From assembly GCA_044892525.1 (NCBI GenBank), contig CM097885.1, positions 11,658,001 to 11,722,000 on the forward strand: a stretch of 64,000 bases of DNA. The letters are read 5' to 3'. Both the position numbers and the translations under genes were made by a program. Shown here in pieces: positions 41,531-56,199 of this stretch; position 1 is the first letter of the stretch; each line of letters starts with the position of its first letter. This stretch comes from Schmidtea polychroa. Lineage: Eukaryota. The notes beneath the pieces are model-generated. The model was not told where the DNA came from. It did not search any database and saw nothing but the letters and a program-made list of their open reading frames with translations.

Positions 41531-43690
41531 AAATCGACAACTAAGTATATTAAAATATAACATTGCTATATATTTCGACCGTTTAACAGTCTTTTTCAGT
41601 CTAGGAATCGTATTAATAACAACTAAATAAAAATAACAATATTCAAACAAATTAATCAATAATAATCGTAATCAAATTGTATCAACCTAAAAAATATTTT
41701 AATAAAATTTTTCTTCTTAATGAAAATAAAAACATTTTCTTAATCATATAAAAACTATTATTTTATTTTAAAAACACACACAAAATTGTTAAAATACTGG
41801 TTATGTTAACAAAAATAAAAAACAGGATATTAAGGGCTTCATGGTACTGAAAAATATATTTTAAAAAGATATCAATGTTTGTAAATATGATAAATGTAGT
41901 TGTTTAGTGATTTTGGACCATGACGTCTATATTAACAAATTAAATAATGTTTTATTATCTCCGCAGTTTATGAAAGTGTATATAAGCCTTATTAATGGGA
42001 AGTTACCACCGATGAAGGATGAATTAGTTTTGTTAAAACTGTTAAAGGAATTATCAGATAAAACACATATTGACATTGACTTGGCTAAGCTATTCAACCG
42101 AAAGGATCTCAAGCAGCAAATCTTTATGGATTACTTAAAGTACACAAATGAGAACTTCTCCATACAAAATTGCAAAGTTTTTGGATGGGTTATTAAAACC
42201 TTTAATGACTATTGATTTTTAATGTAAGGATAGATTTCAATTTTCAACGTTTATTACACAGCTGATTAAAAAAGGTACAGATAAATTTATGGTATCATTC
42301 GATGTGTGTAGTCTATTTACGGGTGTCCAACTATTAAAAACGATTGATTTTTGTGCAAGATGTGGAAAAAATATGTTATCTAACATAAAAAAGTTGATGA
42401 AATTGAATTTCGTAAGTTACTTGAATTTTCAACGTCGAGTGTGAATTTTATTTTTAAAAATGAGTATTATAAACAGGTGTAAGGTGTTGCTATGGTTTCC
42501 TCATTGGCTCCAATAATGACGTCTATTTTCATGTCAAATTTGAAAAAAAGAAACAGTTTGAAAAAAGAAAAAAAAATTTGAAAAAAAAACAGTCATCATA
42601 CAATTTAACTAAACCTGATGTGTATAAAAGTTTTGTTGATGATATATATTTCTATTAAATTTACATGTAAAGAAAGAAAATGTATACTATATCGTTTTTG
42701 GATCTGCTTATTCAACGGAAGGTAAAAGACTATCAGATTGAAATATACAAAAATGCAACCAATAAAGATCTTTATTCTACTCCTGATAGCTTTTGTGAAT
42801 ATAAATACAAACGAAATATGTTGAGAGGATTCTCTGGTTAAGATGGTTCTTAAAAGTGGATATTCTAAAGACGGTTGATAAATGGATGTTGAATATTCAA
42901 GATACTTGCACATGTTCATCTGAAGATGATGATCATTTTGATGCTGAAGTTAATATGTTGTTAAGTTCGAAAAGTGAAAAATCAGATCTAAGCACATTGG
43001 TCCAAAATATGTTTGATATATCCTTATTCTGAGGGCCTCAGGGAATTCGAGCATAAGATCTTTAAACATGTAGATAAGCCTAAATTTAGGATTATTTCAA
43101 CATCTTTCAAGGTTGCTAGCATGTTCACTAATTAGTCTTCACCTCCAGTTGGTCTGTGTTCAGAGTTGTTGTATTAATTTTTATTTAATTTCGTGTAATA
43201 GGTGTAAATCCATTGGAGAGACTGCCCGTCAACTTTGCACTTGAGTTCTTGAGCATTGCCGACGAAATGTATTGACCCACATTAGTGATCATAAGTATTT
43301 TTGATTTTAAGATTTTGTCGAAAATTTTAAGAAATTACTGGAATGAGAACGTTGATAATTAGATCTATAAATCCTATAATTAATATTCAAAGTACCAACT
43401 ATACAGGGATTTTAAATGTATTTATATAATTTAACGTTTTATATTTATTATTTGGGATGATGTTATCATTTGTTATATTTATTTATATTAAAATAAAATA
43501 ATAATTTTTATATGATTTAAAAAATGTTTTTTATTTTCAAAAAGAAGATAAATTTTATTAAAATTATTATTTGTTTATTTGTTTGAATATTCCTTTTTTC
43601 ATTTAGTTGTTATTTATACGATTCCTAGCCTGAAGAAGACTGTTAAAATGTCGAAATATATAGCAATGTTATATTTTAATATACTAAGCG
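41531..43690 (+). mobile_element. Decayed Penelope-like retroelement (RT plus GIY-YIG) flanked by inverted pLTR copies
   Basis: RT remnants (DK..C.VILD, SFDVCSLFT, YYKQ..GVAM), GIY-YIG remnant at ~43140-43330; 41531-41775 is a reverse-complement match of ~43485-43690. Confidence 0.8.
43628..43664 (+). ncRNA. Minimal hammerhead-like motif in the Penelope pLTR
   Basis: GC-CTGAAGA-A-GAC(tgttaaaat)GTC-GAAA-tata-TA-GC; stem I is only 2 bp in this copy. Confidence 0.5.
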
Positions 43691-43725
43691 ATATTCAGTT
43701 ATGAAAGCTTTGCATCCATTCTTTG

Positions 43726-43945
<220 letters not shown>

Positions 43946-45145
43946 TTCATTATCATGTAACAAAGCGTAGAAATAAAAGATTTAAATTACACATTAATAA
44001 AAATTATGTGTTACATGTCTTATATAAAAACAATGAAAATTAAAAATTAATTGAACGATAAATTAAAACAATTTAAAAGTTTAGAACTGAGAGAATGTTA
44101 ATAAATTATTTTTATAATTTTTTTTATAATTTTTTACAATAATTATACTTATAAATGGTGTTTTATTAATATTATTTAAATAATTGCCGTATTTATTTCA
44201 TTATATAATTATTATTTTACATTATCTCATGTTATGATCTTTGAAAACTAATGATTAAAATTTTCATCGAGGAAAATATAATTCATAGTAATATTAGAAA
44301 GAGATCAAACATGAGACAGGCTAGATAAAATTAAAAGATAGTCTATGAGAAACGAAATTTGAAATAATTAAAAATATTTCAAGATTGATATGAGAACTGC
44401 AATTAACAAAATATCAGATATCTCAAAGTTAAATCTCTTGAAAAAAAGGATTTATCCTTGAATTCTCTTTCTGTTTTTACTTTAAAGATTTTAAAAGTAA
44501 ATTTCAAATAAAAAGAAAAAATATATATATAAAATTTGTTAGGGTTACAAAAAATTGATTAATTAAATCAAAAAGAGATAACAAATAAATTTCTGTGCTA
44601 GCAATAGAAATGAGATAAAATTCTAAAATTAACAATGAAATATTATATATTTACGTCGGAGGGTTTTTTAGGATGTTTAAACATAAATAAAAAATTTAAA
44701 CTGTTTTATACAACCTCAATAGATTATTAGAAATTCAATTGACAATAATAATTGAAATTTGTAAGACAGATAGAAAAAACTATAAATATTATTAATTTTT
44801 TTAAGAACTTTTTGTATTAATTTCACCATTGATTTTTTTTTCCATTGAATTTATTATAAATAGCTTGAAGACTACAAATCAGTAAAAACGTCGATATATT
44901 TACTGATTTATAGTCTTCAAGCTCTTTTTTATAAATTATAAATTTATTTTTAAAAAATTAAAAAAACCTTTTTGAATATTGGAAAAAGTTTTATTTTATT
45001 TTTGTTTAATTAATTATTTTTAAATTAAAATATTGTTAAAGGATTTTTTATAAATTGAATTATTTTAAAAGTTTTTAATATTTTTGAAAACAGTTTTATT
45101 TAAAAATAATTGATTATATATATATTGAAATTTATTTGATACCAC

Positions 45146-45307
<162 letters not shown>

Positions 45308-46471
45308 TTAACCGATTTCAGTTAATATTACAACTGGTTGACTCTATATAATGTACACAAAATGTTCTGTATCAAATAAATGTATCAAAAGTTACAAATT
45401 GATCAGTGTACTTCAGCTTAAAAATATTGTCTTAGTGCAGTGTTGCCCAATCTTTTCATACTACGGACAACTAAAAAAGTTACCTAGTCGAGGGCTACAC
45501 CAAAATTTTTAAATGAAGATAAGAAAATTCACTAGTAATAATACTAATAAATAAGATTTATTTATATGCAGGTAGTAAGTTATTATTAAATTCATATTTA
45601 TAAATATTATGTATTAAAAATAAATTACATTTTTCATTAAATAATAACAATATTCACGTTTACCATAGCTTAGCCATAATGATGACAGTATTTAAGAAAG
45701 TTGTTAGTGAGATCATTTGCTTGAATTGAGTTTAGCAATTTTCTTAATTTATGGTTGATAATGAGTAACAGTCACTATCGTCAAATTTTCAAAATGTTCA
45801 TTAGTTGGCAAGTTTCGTTTTTTGACTTAATGTTTCTGTTTCGACTAGTCAGATGTAGGAATAGCTTTTCCATCTGAGTGTCTGTGTGTGCATCACTGTT
45901 TTTCTTTGTTGTCGCGTTTGTGTGAGCGTTTTCATTATTATTGTTAAATTTATTCTTATTCGTGTATGTGTGAATTTTTTATATTTTTGGAAATTGTTAG
46001 AATATTCGAATTCGGAACTTGCTGGAAACAGAGATTTTCAAATGTTAAAGATTTTTGGGAACTTAACGGAATTTTAGATATCTATGAATTATTGTCGTAT
46101 TTGTTTGCAGTTTTTGAGGTTATCAAGATGTTTTGCTTCTAATGCTGTACATGTTTCTAATATGTACAAGTTTCAAAATCTATTCAGCCGGCAGATGGAA
46201 GGGCATCTTGTTGTAATTATTGCGATCTATTCAATATGACTTTCCATGCTGAAAAGCCAATAGGCTTAGTTCTACCCAAACAGTGGTTATGGGAAATAAC
46301 TGGTGGATTCCTTTGTCGGTGTCGGTCGTTTTGCCGTTTGAAAGAAATAAAAATTTGGATTTATATTTTAATTGAATTTGACATAATCAGTTTGTCATTG
46401 CAAATAATACGGTTTCACAAACGTAAGATTTCCCAAATATTGTGAATAGCTTTTACTAAATTATAACCATT

Positions 46472-46757
46472 CAGAGGCGTAACTGTGATGTTTTGCGCCC
46501 GAGGTCAAACTATAAAATTGGCGCTTTGTCATCTTCCCGTTTAATAAGGAAAAACAATTTTAATTTTAATGAAACATTGTATTTAAAGAAGCAAATATAT
46601 TTTTTTGGTTTAGTAGCAATTCGCATACAGATTGGAAAATAATTATTAAATAATTTTTTTGAAATTATTTAAATATTATTTTTGATATATTACCCTTGTT
46701 CGCTTTGGCGCCCGGGGACATATGTGCCCTACTGCCCCCCCCCTAGCTACGTCTCTG
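46472..46757. mobile_element. hAT-type MITE
   Basis: TIR CAGAGGCGTAAC / GCTACGTCTCTG; 8-bp TSD TAACCATT. Confidence 0.85.
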
Positions 46758-48150
46758 TAACCATTTAAACTTTCCAATGCAAAGATTGCCTAACATCCAA
46801 ATTACTTTATTTTTACTAAGACACATCATCACTTTTTTTCATTTAATAATAAAAACAAAATTTCCTACTCAAATTATTTACCCAAACACAGACAAAATTT
46901 TCTGTTTGATTTATCTCAAAACTTGAACAAAAGAAATATAATTATTTTACAAAAATTTGAACTTGTGATTGAATAATTAAATATGCTTTTTATGACGAAA
47001 CCTGCAAAATGTTTTGTTTTAATGTGCAATTCTAGTTTTGAATGTATGAGTAAAATTATTTTAATAAATATTATTTATTTAGCATAAATATTTGATGGAT
47101 GAATAACTTTCTTGCAGTTGGACAAATCTGATAAAATTTGATTCAATTTTGTGCCAAATTCGGAAAATGTACAATGATTACGGACTTTAAGAGGAACACT
47201 TGGACTTACAATATCTTTTAATATGTTTATTACAAGTTTTCTTAGGTATTATCTTGATAAATGACCCAATTTCCCTTTTTTCTAACATTTAAGTGTCCAT
47301 GATTGAACCAATTTTTGTAAGTGGGTCCATTCATTTCTCTCTGTCATTGCCATTGTTTCTGCAGTTTTATAGATTAGGGGCGCTGTCTTAGAGAAGTCAT
47401 AGAGGGTCACCATGTGGAATGAATTCGCAAACCTTTTGTAACAAAATCCATATAGATTATGCCACTTCGATCCCAAAACATTATCAACATCAATGATTTT
47501 CGATGATATGTTTCAAATATCATCATCCTGGAACTCGTTTTTTCAAGAAATTTTTATTAACTATACTCATGCTTTGTCTCAGAAACATACAGGGATAAAG
47601 GAGTTTAATCCACAGTAATGATATTTCTGAGGAATTGGTCACCATGTTCATCAAACATAAGAAGATTTATCAGGCAGCATTCTCTAGGATATTTACATAT
47701 TTCAACGTAGAGAAAACATGGATCAATCCTGAATGCCACTTTTTTACACAAGATTCATTCAGGAAGGTACGCACTTTTCATGTATTTACATTCAACCGAT
47801 GCGAGATATCCTTGATAGTGATAAGGTGTTCTTCCTTCATAATTTACAGACATTCCTCTTTTTTTATATATATAGTAATAAAGACTTATATTATTACTGT
47901 TTATTACTTTTTAATAATTTTTATTATTTTTAAAATAATTTATTTATATTTTGTTTTTATTTATATATAAGTTTAAAATACGTTATTCAATTATATACAA
48001 AAGAAAACCAAAAATACTTCAAAAATAGAGAAGAAATTTTATTTTAATATCTAGAAAATGGCAGACAAGATAAACGTCAATAGTATCAAAAGAAGAATTC
48101 AAATATATTTCAATATCTAAAAATTTAAAAATCCATTCAGTTCATTTCAG

Positions 48151-48523
48151 GGTACTTCCGTGTTATCTTACCCCCAAAAATTAAATTATAAAATACAATT
48201 AAAATAACAATATAAAAAATGAGAGAATACATTATTGATGACGTTATTGAACATTATTGAACATGGATTTACTAAGGCAATCTGTGATTTATGTGATTAT
48301 GTGATTATGTGAGTTTATGTGGCGCAAACGTGTTCTAAGCAACAGTGCCGATGTGTTCGACACTATTCTCAACGGCATTGCGGTTTTCTGACCACCTGGA
48401 TGACCATTTACAAACTCTTTACAAACATTTCCTGAGTTTGTAACTGTGATTTAGAAAATAAATACAATACTTATGTGTTCTTTTTTAATTTAATTTTTGG
48501 GGGATAGATAACACGGAAGTACC
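48151..48523. mobile_element. Merlin-type MITE
   Basis: ~40-bp TIR GGTACTTCCGTGTTATC...CCCCCAAAAATTAAATTA; 8-bp TSD CATTTCAG. Confidence 0.8.
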
Positions 48524-48728
48524 CATTTCAGATATATGTTATAGAAATAAGTTGAATAAATATTTATATGGAGTTTTGATTTGTGTTGTATATGAAACTT
48601 CACAGTAAGTTTCGTTAGTTATAAATAAATTGAATTTATAAGTAATAAATAAATGAATAATTATTATTTTTTACATCCTTTCTGACTTCTCGTGTTATTT
48701 GGTATCAATCAATGACTCCAAACAATAT

Positions 48729-49129
48729 ATTACTTGTTTTTAATTCACCCCATAAAATATTTTTTATTGTTTGCATGAAATATCGATTTTATTGCTATTA
48801 ATATTTCTGTAAATAAAATTTAAGTTTCAATCGCCAGACTGTGAACCACTCTATTTACTGCATAGATCCAACGACAGGAAAACATACTCAACACATAGAA
48901 CGGGTATGGAAAACTGCTAAAGATCACAATAAAAGACATAATTGAACTCAGGAGCATTATAGATTTATGCACGTGTAAGGTGCCAATGGAACTAAAGTAT
49001 TTGATAATATTCTCCTGGACATAATGTTATTCTGGTCACCGAAAAAAATGACAGTTTTTTAACTAAATATTGTTTTAATTCAAAAAACTTTTAAAAAAAT
49101 GTTTTGGGGTGAATAAAAAAACAAGTACC
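48729..49129 (+). mobile_element. Internally deleted Merlin (IS1595/ISXO2-like) transposon
   Basis: TIR TACTTGTTTTTAATTCACCCC / GGGGTGAATAAAAAAACAAGTACC; VNHSIYCIDPTTGKHTQHIERVWKTAK at 48841-48921. Confidence 0.8.
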
Positions 49130-51833
49130 AGAAATATATTTAGTTAATTTAATCCACAAAAGGTTTAGTTCGATTTTTCCGTAAATTTCTTTAGGTCTTT
49201 TCATTCATTACTACTCGTTCTCTACTCGTTCTCACTTTCCTATTTTGGCTTTGCATTTGGTTTTATAATTTCATTTATCTATATTATTTAGCTACTCTTG
49301 GATCTTGTTTCTGGTTTATTCTTTTATTAATATTTTATTTATATTTATTATTAATATTTATTAATATTTGTTAATATTTCTAAATTCTTTGTTTGAACTT
49401 CATGTTAATTAATTTAAGTTTTATGCTTTTAATTAATATTTTAACCATTTTTTTGGAAACTTTAATACTTTTTGTTTTATTTTTGTTCACGGTTAGCTCT
49501 TTTTTTGCATTTTTCCATTACTCCTCATTACATTATTACTTTAAATTTACAATGTTAATAACAACTATTATAATAATAAATGTTGATAATAATAATTAAC
49601 AAAAGTATTATCATTGAAATATATGAATTTGGAACAGAAAAATAGAAAAAATGAAAACATTATTTATTTATGTTGCCTTCATAATACTGGTTATACATTG
49701 TTTTGTTTAATCATACTATCAAAATTATTCAAGCATGAATTCTCGGCCGGTTGATCAACGAAAACATTTCTAACCGAAAATGTAACAGAGATGTGAATTT
49801 TTAATGGGTTAATCGTTTTATTATTTTTACATAATTAATTAGCAAAGTCTGAAATCAGGAAATGATCACTTTTTTGTCTGTGTATTATATTTATTATTAT
49901 ATAATTTGTTCGGTTTTTACATATATTAAGCTTTTTAAACTTTACTTTAAAAGGCTTCTATTAAAATTAAATTCTCTTATTTAAATAAAATAACAGAATT
50001 TGTAAAATTTTATTTTAGATTATATTTCGACAAATCAAATGTCATCATCTGGCACATATTGTAAATGATCAAATTGATTGGTCAACTAGTTATAACATAA
50101 TCACGAGTGTAATCCAATGAAAACGTGCTATTTTATATATTGATATAATAAGGATAAGTAACAATAAATGAAAATATATTAATAAAAAACAAACAATTTT
50201 CATACAACTAAGATATATTTTTACCACTAAAGTTGTTACAAATTAATTTTCCTCGTTTGAAATCGAATGAATAGTCAAAATTCAAAAAGTTCAGAAAATT
50301 TTATTGAAAAAAGATCATTGTTTCTGCGCCTTTGTGATACTACTCCCTAGATGGGAGCCGTGTATGCCCAACACTCGTAACAGCGCTGACAGCATATTTA
50401 GCATTATGTATAATTGAGATAAATAATAAACAATGTTATAATCTGAGGATCTAGACAATCAAGATTAATCAATCAAACATATAAACATTCATACATATTA
50501 ATTATAAGACTTCGCATAGCATTATATAGGGATCATGGATATCAAATATGTCAATACAATTACATCACAATTGATATTTAGCTAAATATTTCAAAATATA
50601 TGCGGAGTTAAATAAATTTATCATTGGTGCTTTATAATGTTTGGAAAATTATTCTTAAATTTATTTTTAAAATAAATAGTTAAGATGTAATGAAATGTTT
50701 TTTTAATGTAAGTTAATTAGGTTGAAAGTAAACTACTTAGTTTAATACGTAACTAATCCTTATTAATTAAATTTCTTTTTATGTTTTTCATATTTACTTC
50801 TAATTTGAGTACATTCTGATGTCTAAGGTAAATCAATCCAGTGTAGCTATATCAAAGAGTTTAAGCTGTTTCTTACAGCAAAAATGATTTATAAGTACTT
50901 AATATAAGAAAATATATATGTGATGTTAGGAACTAGAGGGTTAGAAATACACAGACTATTTGTTAGATATAAAGAAGGAAAAAGAAATATAGTGTATTGA
51001 AGTATATACAATGTATTATTCATACATTTTTATGTTTCTTTTTGTTTTACCAATGATAAAAACAGCATCAATGCCTTGTACTGCCTATTAAATTGGGATT
51101 AGTATTTGCAATCCCGGGATTCCACAATTTTCAAATGAGCGTTTTTTCCGATGCTGGAACGAAAACTTTGAAATTATTTAAGGAATTCTATGTATTTTTT
51201 TCTTTACATTTACTGTAAAAAATACGGGAAAATTATTTTATTCCGTGAAATAAAAACATTTTAACTCATCTTTTTATATATTAAAGAATGATTTAATTCT
51301 TTTAGTAAGAAAAGGTAAATATGGTCGCTCTTTCTGTACTAACCTACCGTAGTGTTTAAAAACTGCATTAGTTTATTTTTTTGAATAATACGATTCCATA
51401 TAGATAATAAACGTCATTGACACCGGTTTTTATCCTTTTATCTGTTTTTAATTATTTTAGTTTAAATTTTTCATTTCTTAATTAGAAAGATTTTAAAATG
51501 TCATTTGTATAAATTATAAAATCTTATTTATTCAAACTAGCACGAATAGAAAATGTAAAATTCTGTAAAACGTTTTCAACCTCTGCTTTAGCTTTGCGAT
51601 AAATCCTCTGACTTCCGCTAAATAACGGAAACAAGTTTCTGATGAATTGGCTTGTTTCAGAAAAAAAATTGATTGTAGACACATTTTTCCTGCGCATTTT
51701 TCATTTTTTCTTTTCGTATCCTTTACAATTGTAACAAACGTCTCAACATAAGATTGAAAGTTCTCAATGAAATTAATTATAAGATTTTCTTAAGTCTTAC
51801 TCTCTTAAACAAATAAAATTTACTAATACTAAA

Positions 51834-52095
<262 letters not shown>

Positions 52096-52103
52096 TTAAT
52101 AAA

Positions 52104-52140
52104 ATTCACTTGAAAAAGGCAGTGCCGAAAATTCGTGAAT
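52104..52140 (+). ncRNA. Minimal type-I hammerhead-ribozyme-like motif (U3-A8 variant)
   Basis: ATTCAC-TTGAAAA-A-GGC agt GCC-GAAA-at-TC-GTGAAT: 6-bp stem I, 3-bp stem II, palindromic AATT at stem III. Confidence 0.6.
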
Positions 52141-53473
52141 ATCAAAACATCGATAGATTTACTGATTCAAAGTCAAGCTTTTTGAATAGATACAATTGAA
52201 AAGAAATCAGTGGTGAAATTTGAAAAAAAATAATAATAATAACAATAAAAATTATTATTATAATAATAATAATTGTAATAATAATAATAATTATTATTAT
52301 TATTATTATTATTACATTCGACTTTTCACTGATAAACAAATCATTTGAAAAAACTTGATTATCAAAGCTTATTATTTAAAATAACTTTCTTTTTTTTAAT
52401 AGGTTACTTTTAAACTGAAAAAAAAATCAAATTAAATTTAATTTCTCCTGCCTCATTAATGTTGTAGACAGTTTTAAACAAGTGTTTTATCATCAAATTA
52501 ATTAAACTTTGTTTAAATCTTCAACAAATGTTAAGGAGTAAATTTAAATTTTCAATTGTTTTTAAGGATAATTAATTTATTTTGTAAACTAATTTCCAAT
52601 AAACTGTAAATTTTATTTTTGTTTTAAACAAGTTTTATAGAGGTTTTCCTACTTTCCAGGTAAGCCAATGTGAGGAAATAAATGGAAAAATTAAAACACT
52701 AATTTTAATAAATTATATTTAAAATTAATATAAATACTTATTTATTTATTTTTATTTCTATAAAGCTGGAAAAAGAAGATAAAAATGACAAAACATGACT
52801 TACAAACTCAGATATTATGTTATTTATCACTGCAGTGGAATTGTTTGCGTCTGGGAAGTGTAAAAACACTTTTAAATAAGTAATAATTTCAAAATGTAAA
52901 TTTTATTATTAACTAAAAATAATTTTATAATCATAAATTATAAATATTATTTGCAACGAATTATAATTTGTTTAAATTAAATCATATCAAGCTTCCTTGT
53001 CTCTTTCTATTATGAAATCAGTAATTCTTTCCCTTAAACATAATTCAATTTTATAATCATTCGATAGCAGTTTTTAATTAATATTGTTTTTTATATTTTT
53101 AAGTGAGTATAGTAAAATAGAGTTTTTTTCTTTTCTTTCTCAAACCTCTCACGACATGAAGAGAGAAAGACGTCATCGACATTTAACTCATTGAAACAAA
53201 TATTTACAATATGTTATTTCCCTACAACAATGTTATCAGAAGCTTTTATTTGATAGATTTCAGTAACTTCCAAAATAAATCGTATGGCTCAATAAAAGCT
53301 GATGGTATTTTTTCAGCGGAAATAGTTTATCATGCCACTCAAAAAAATAAACATTTTTCAAAACATTAACGATATTTTGTATACAATTCTAGTTATTTAC
53401 AGTTAGAAATTTATCCTTACTTTATATTTTCTTTTGTTAATTATTATTATTCTATTTATTTTTATTCTTATTC

Positions 53474-53565
<92 letters not shown>

Positions 53566-56048
53566 GCGGATGCCTAAATAAAAAAGCCAATAATTATTAA
53601 ATGACTAAAATGATCAAGAAGAAAATGTATGAAACGGAGGATGGGTTGCTCCAGAATTTTGAGAAACAAAAAGTGAGCTAAAGAAATTTGAAAATGAGAG
53701 AAAATAATAGATCCAAAAATAATGAAATACGACAAGGTTGTTTTTGATTAACATATACAAAAGTAAATAAGAAAAACAAAAAAAGTCGAAATTAAATTTG
53801 CATATTTCGATAGCCTGTAAAAATATTTTATATATTTTATATATCTCAACAAATTTCAGAGATTATAGAAGAACTGCAGATGACCGGATGGAATGTCCGG
53901 GAAATAGAAATCTAAACTGAATATTACTACAACAGAATATTTATTAAATTACCATAATATATAAATTTATGTATTTGATTTATTGAAAAGAGCTTGAAAA
54001 CTATAAATCAGTAATATATCGATGTTTTTTGATATTCACGAATTTTCGGTACTGACATTTTCATAAACATTGTTATATTACTGATTTATAGTCTTCAAAC
54101 TATTTTTAAAAAATAAAATGGAAACAAAATCAGTGGTGAAATTGGAAAAAAAAGTTCTTATAATTATATATTTGAATTAATATATAAAAATATTTTACTT
54201 GTTGGAAAAGACTTTCCTAATTTACTCTAGCTGTTGAATGATTTCAAAATGAAAATTTCTATATCGCCATTTTTTATAAATTGATTAGGTTACATGATAT
54301 AGCACTGAAGTCCTGGCGTGATCATCATGTTAGATGGAATTGTTATTCAATTTTTATTTAATATGTTACAACCAGAATGTTAAAACTATTTATAGTACTT
54401 CCAATTTGTGTAGAAAAGAGTATATTATTAGTTAAAGTGATATTATTGATACAGATTACATACATACTTATTCCACGTCATTGCATGCAAACATGTCTGT
54501 GTCAGTCATCAAGCATTAAAGACACAGTGACCTAGTTATATAATTGTTTTATTATAAATTAAAATTATGTCAATTTGCATCTATCATATTCTATGCAATT
54601 TTTAATGGTAAACAAGCTTATCAGTTTATTTGGTTCACATTGGCATCATGTAAGAAACTCAATCCTCACCAGAATAAGATCTAATAACTTTTGTAGTCAG
54701 ATACAAGAATTTGGTCAGATTACGATTCGAACAACTCAACAAACGATGTAAATCTTTAAAGTAAAGTTTCTCTACATATCTGTTGAAATGCTTCTTTTTT
54801 CTTCTCTTCTACTCTTCATTTATTATTGCAATATTTTATAATAATTTGTAGAAATCATCATTTCCATTCGCTGCTTTTCTTCGTTTCTATATTTTAGTTA
54901 AATATTTCAAATTTGATTATTAAAACAAATAAAATACCCAAAATTTATTTTTAATTTACCCATAGCTTTGAAAAGCTGTTATTTTCTGCACATTTAAACA
55001 GTAAATTAAACTATAATCAAAATGTTAAAGAAATTTTAAAAGAACATTTGGGAAAGCATTTAAACAATAAATTATTAAACATCAATCCCGATAATACTTA
55101 GACAGGAATCTGTGAATCACAGAAAATTCAGAGATGAAAACAAAAATTATACAATGGCAGCAGAAGAGATTAGGAAAAACTGGCTGTAATTGTGATGAGT
55201 TACGTTTCTACTTTACCATAGAATTTGTATAGGATTTTAAAAGTAGTATTTTTGTTTGAATTCTCACGATTTAAAATGGAGATTTTTTTATTAAATAAAA
55301 TGTGTTACCTAATTTCAATGCTTAAATTTATTTCCTTTTTGCACTTTTCAAAAAAAAAATCAACTTAAAATTATAAAAACGAAAAAATGTTTGATGGAGT
55401 TCACAAAATGGATTCACAAATAAATATATTTTGTAAATATCATAATATTTTAATTTTTAATTTTTAAAACAGTAGTGTAAAGACAAGGATTATCCTAGAG
55501 TAAACAAATGTTAGATTGGACAACTTTCTTATTAGAACAAATTGTAGGGTTCACTTTCGTTTCTTAAAGTATTACTATAAATAGGGAAAACCAAGGTACG
55601 TTATTCACTTTGAATTGAATGTCTTCAATTGTTCGTTTTGACTTTGAAACGAAAAGGTATACATGTAGTTCATTAAAGAAAATTATAGGTTCAATATATT
55701 AGTCTCCGCCATTTTCATATTGCTACAGAATTTGTGTGATCGTAACTTATTTTCTTTTTTTCTGTTCAAGATTTTAAAAAGGACAATCACCTAGAACTCT
55801 GTTTGATAGATTTAAGATAAACCTTAACTATTGTTTCTAAACTTCCAATACTCAAATTTTTCAAATTTTTCACCGATTTTTCTAACAGTTATTTTTAATT
55901 TTCATGCAATAAATTAAAACATACACGTTTTTATTCAATGTCCATCTAGTACTTTTTATAAAAATCGAGAATGAAAATTCTGTAAAGGCTTTGTATATTT
56001 ATGATAGACCAATAATTGTTATTATAAGCACCATTATTATTATTATTA

Positions 56049-56157
<109 letters not shown>

Positions 56158-56166
56158 TATTATTAT

Positions 56167-56199
<33 letters not shown>

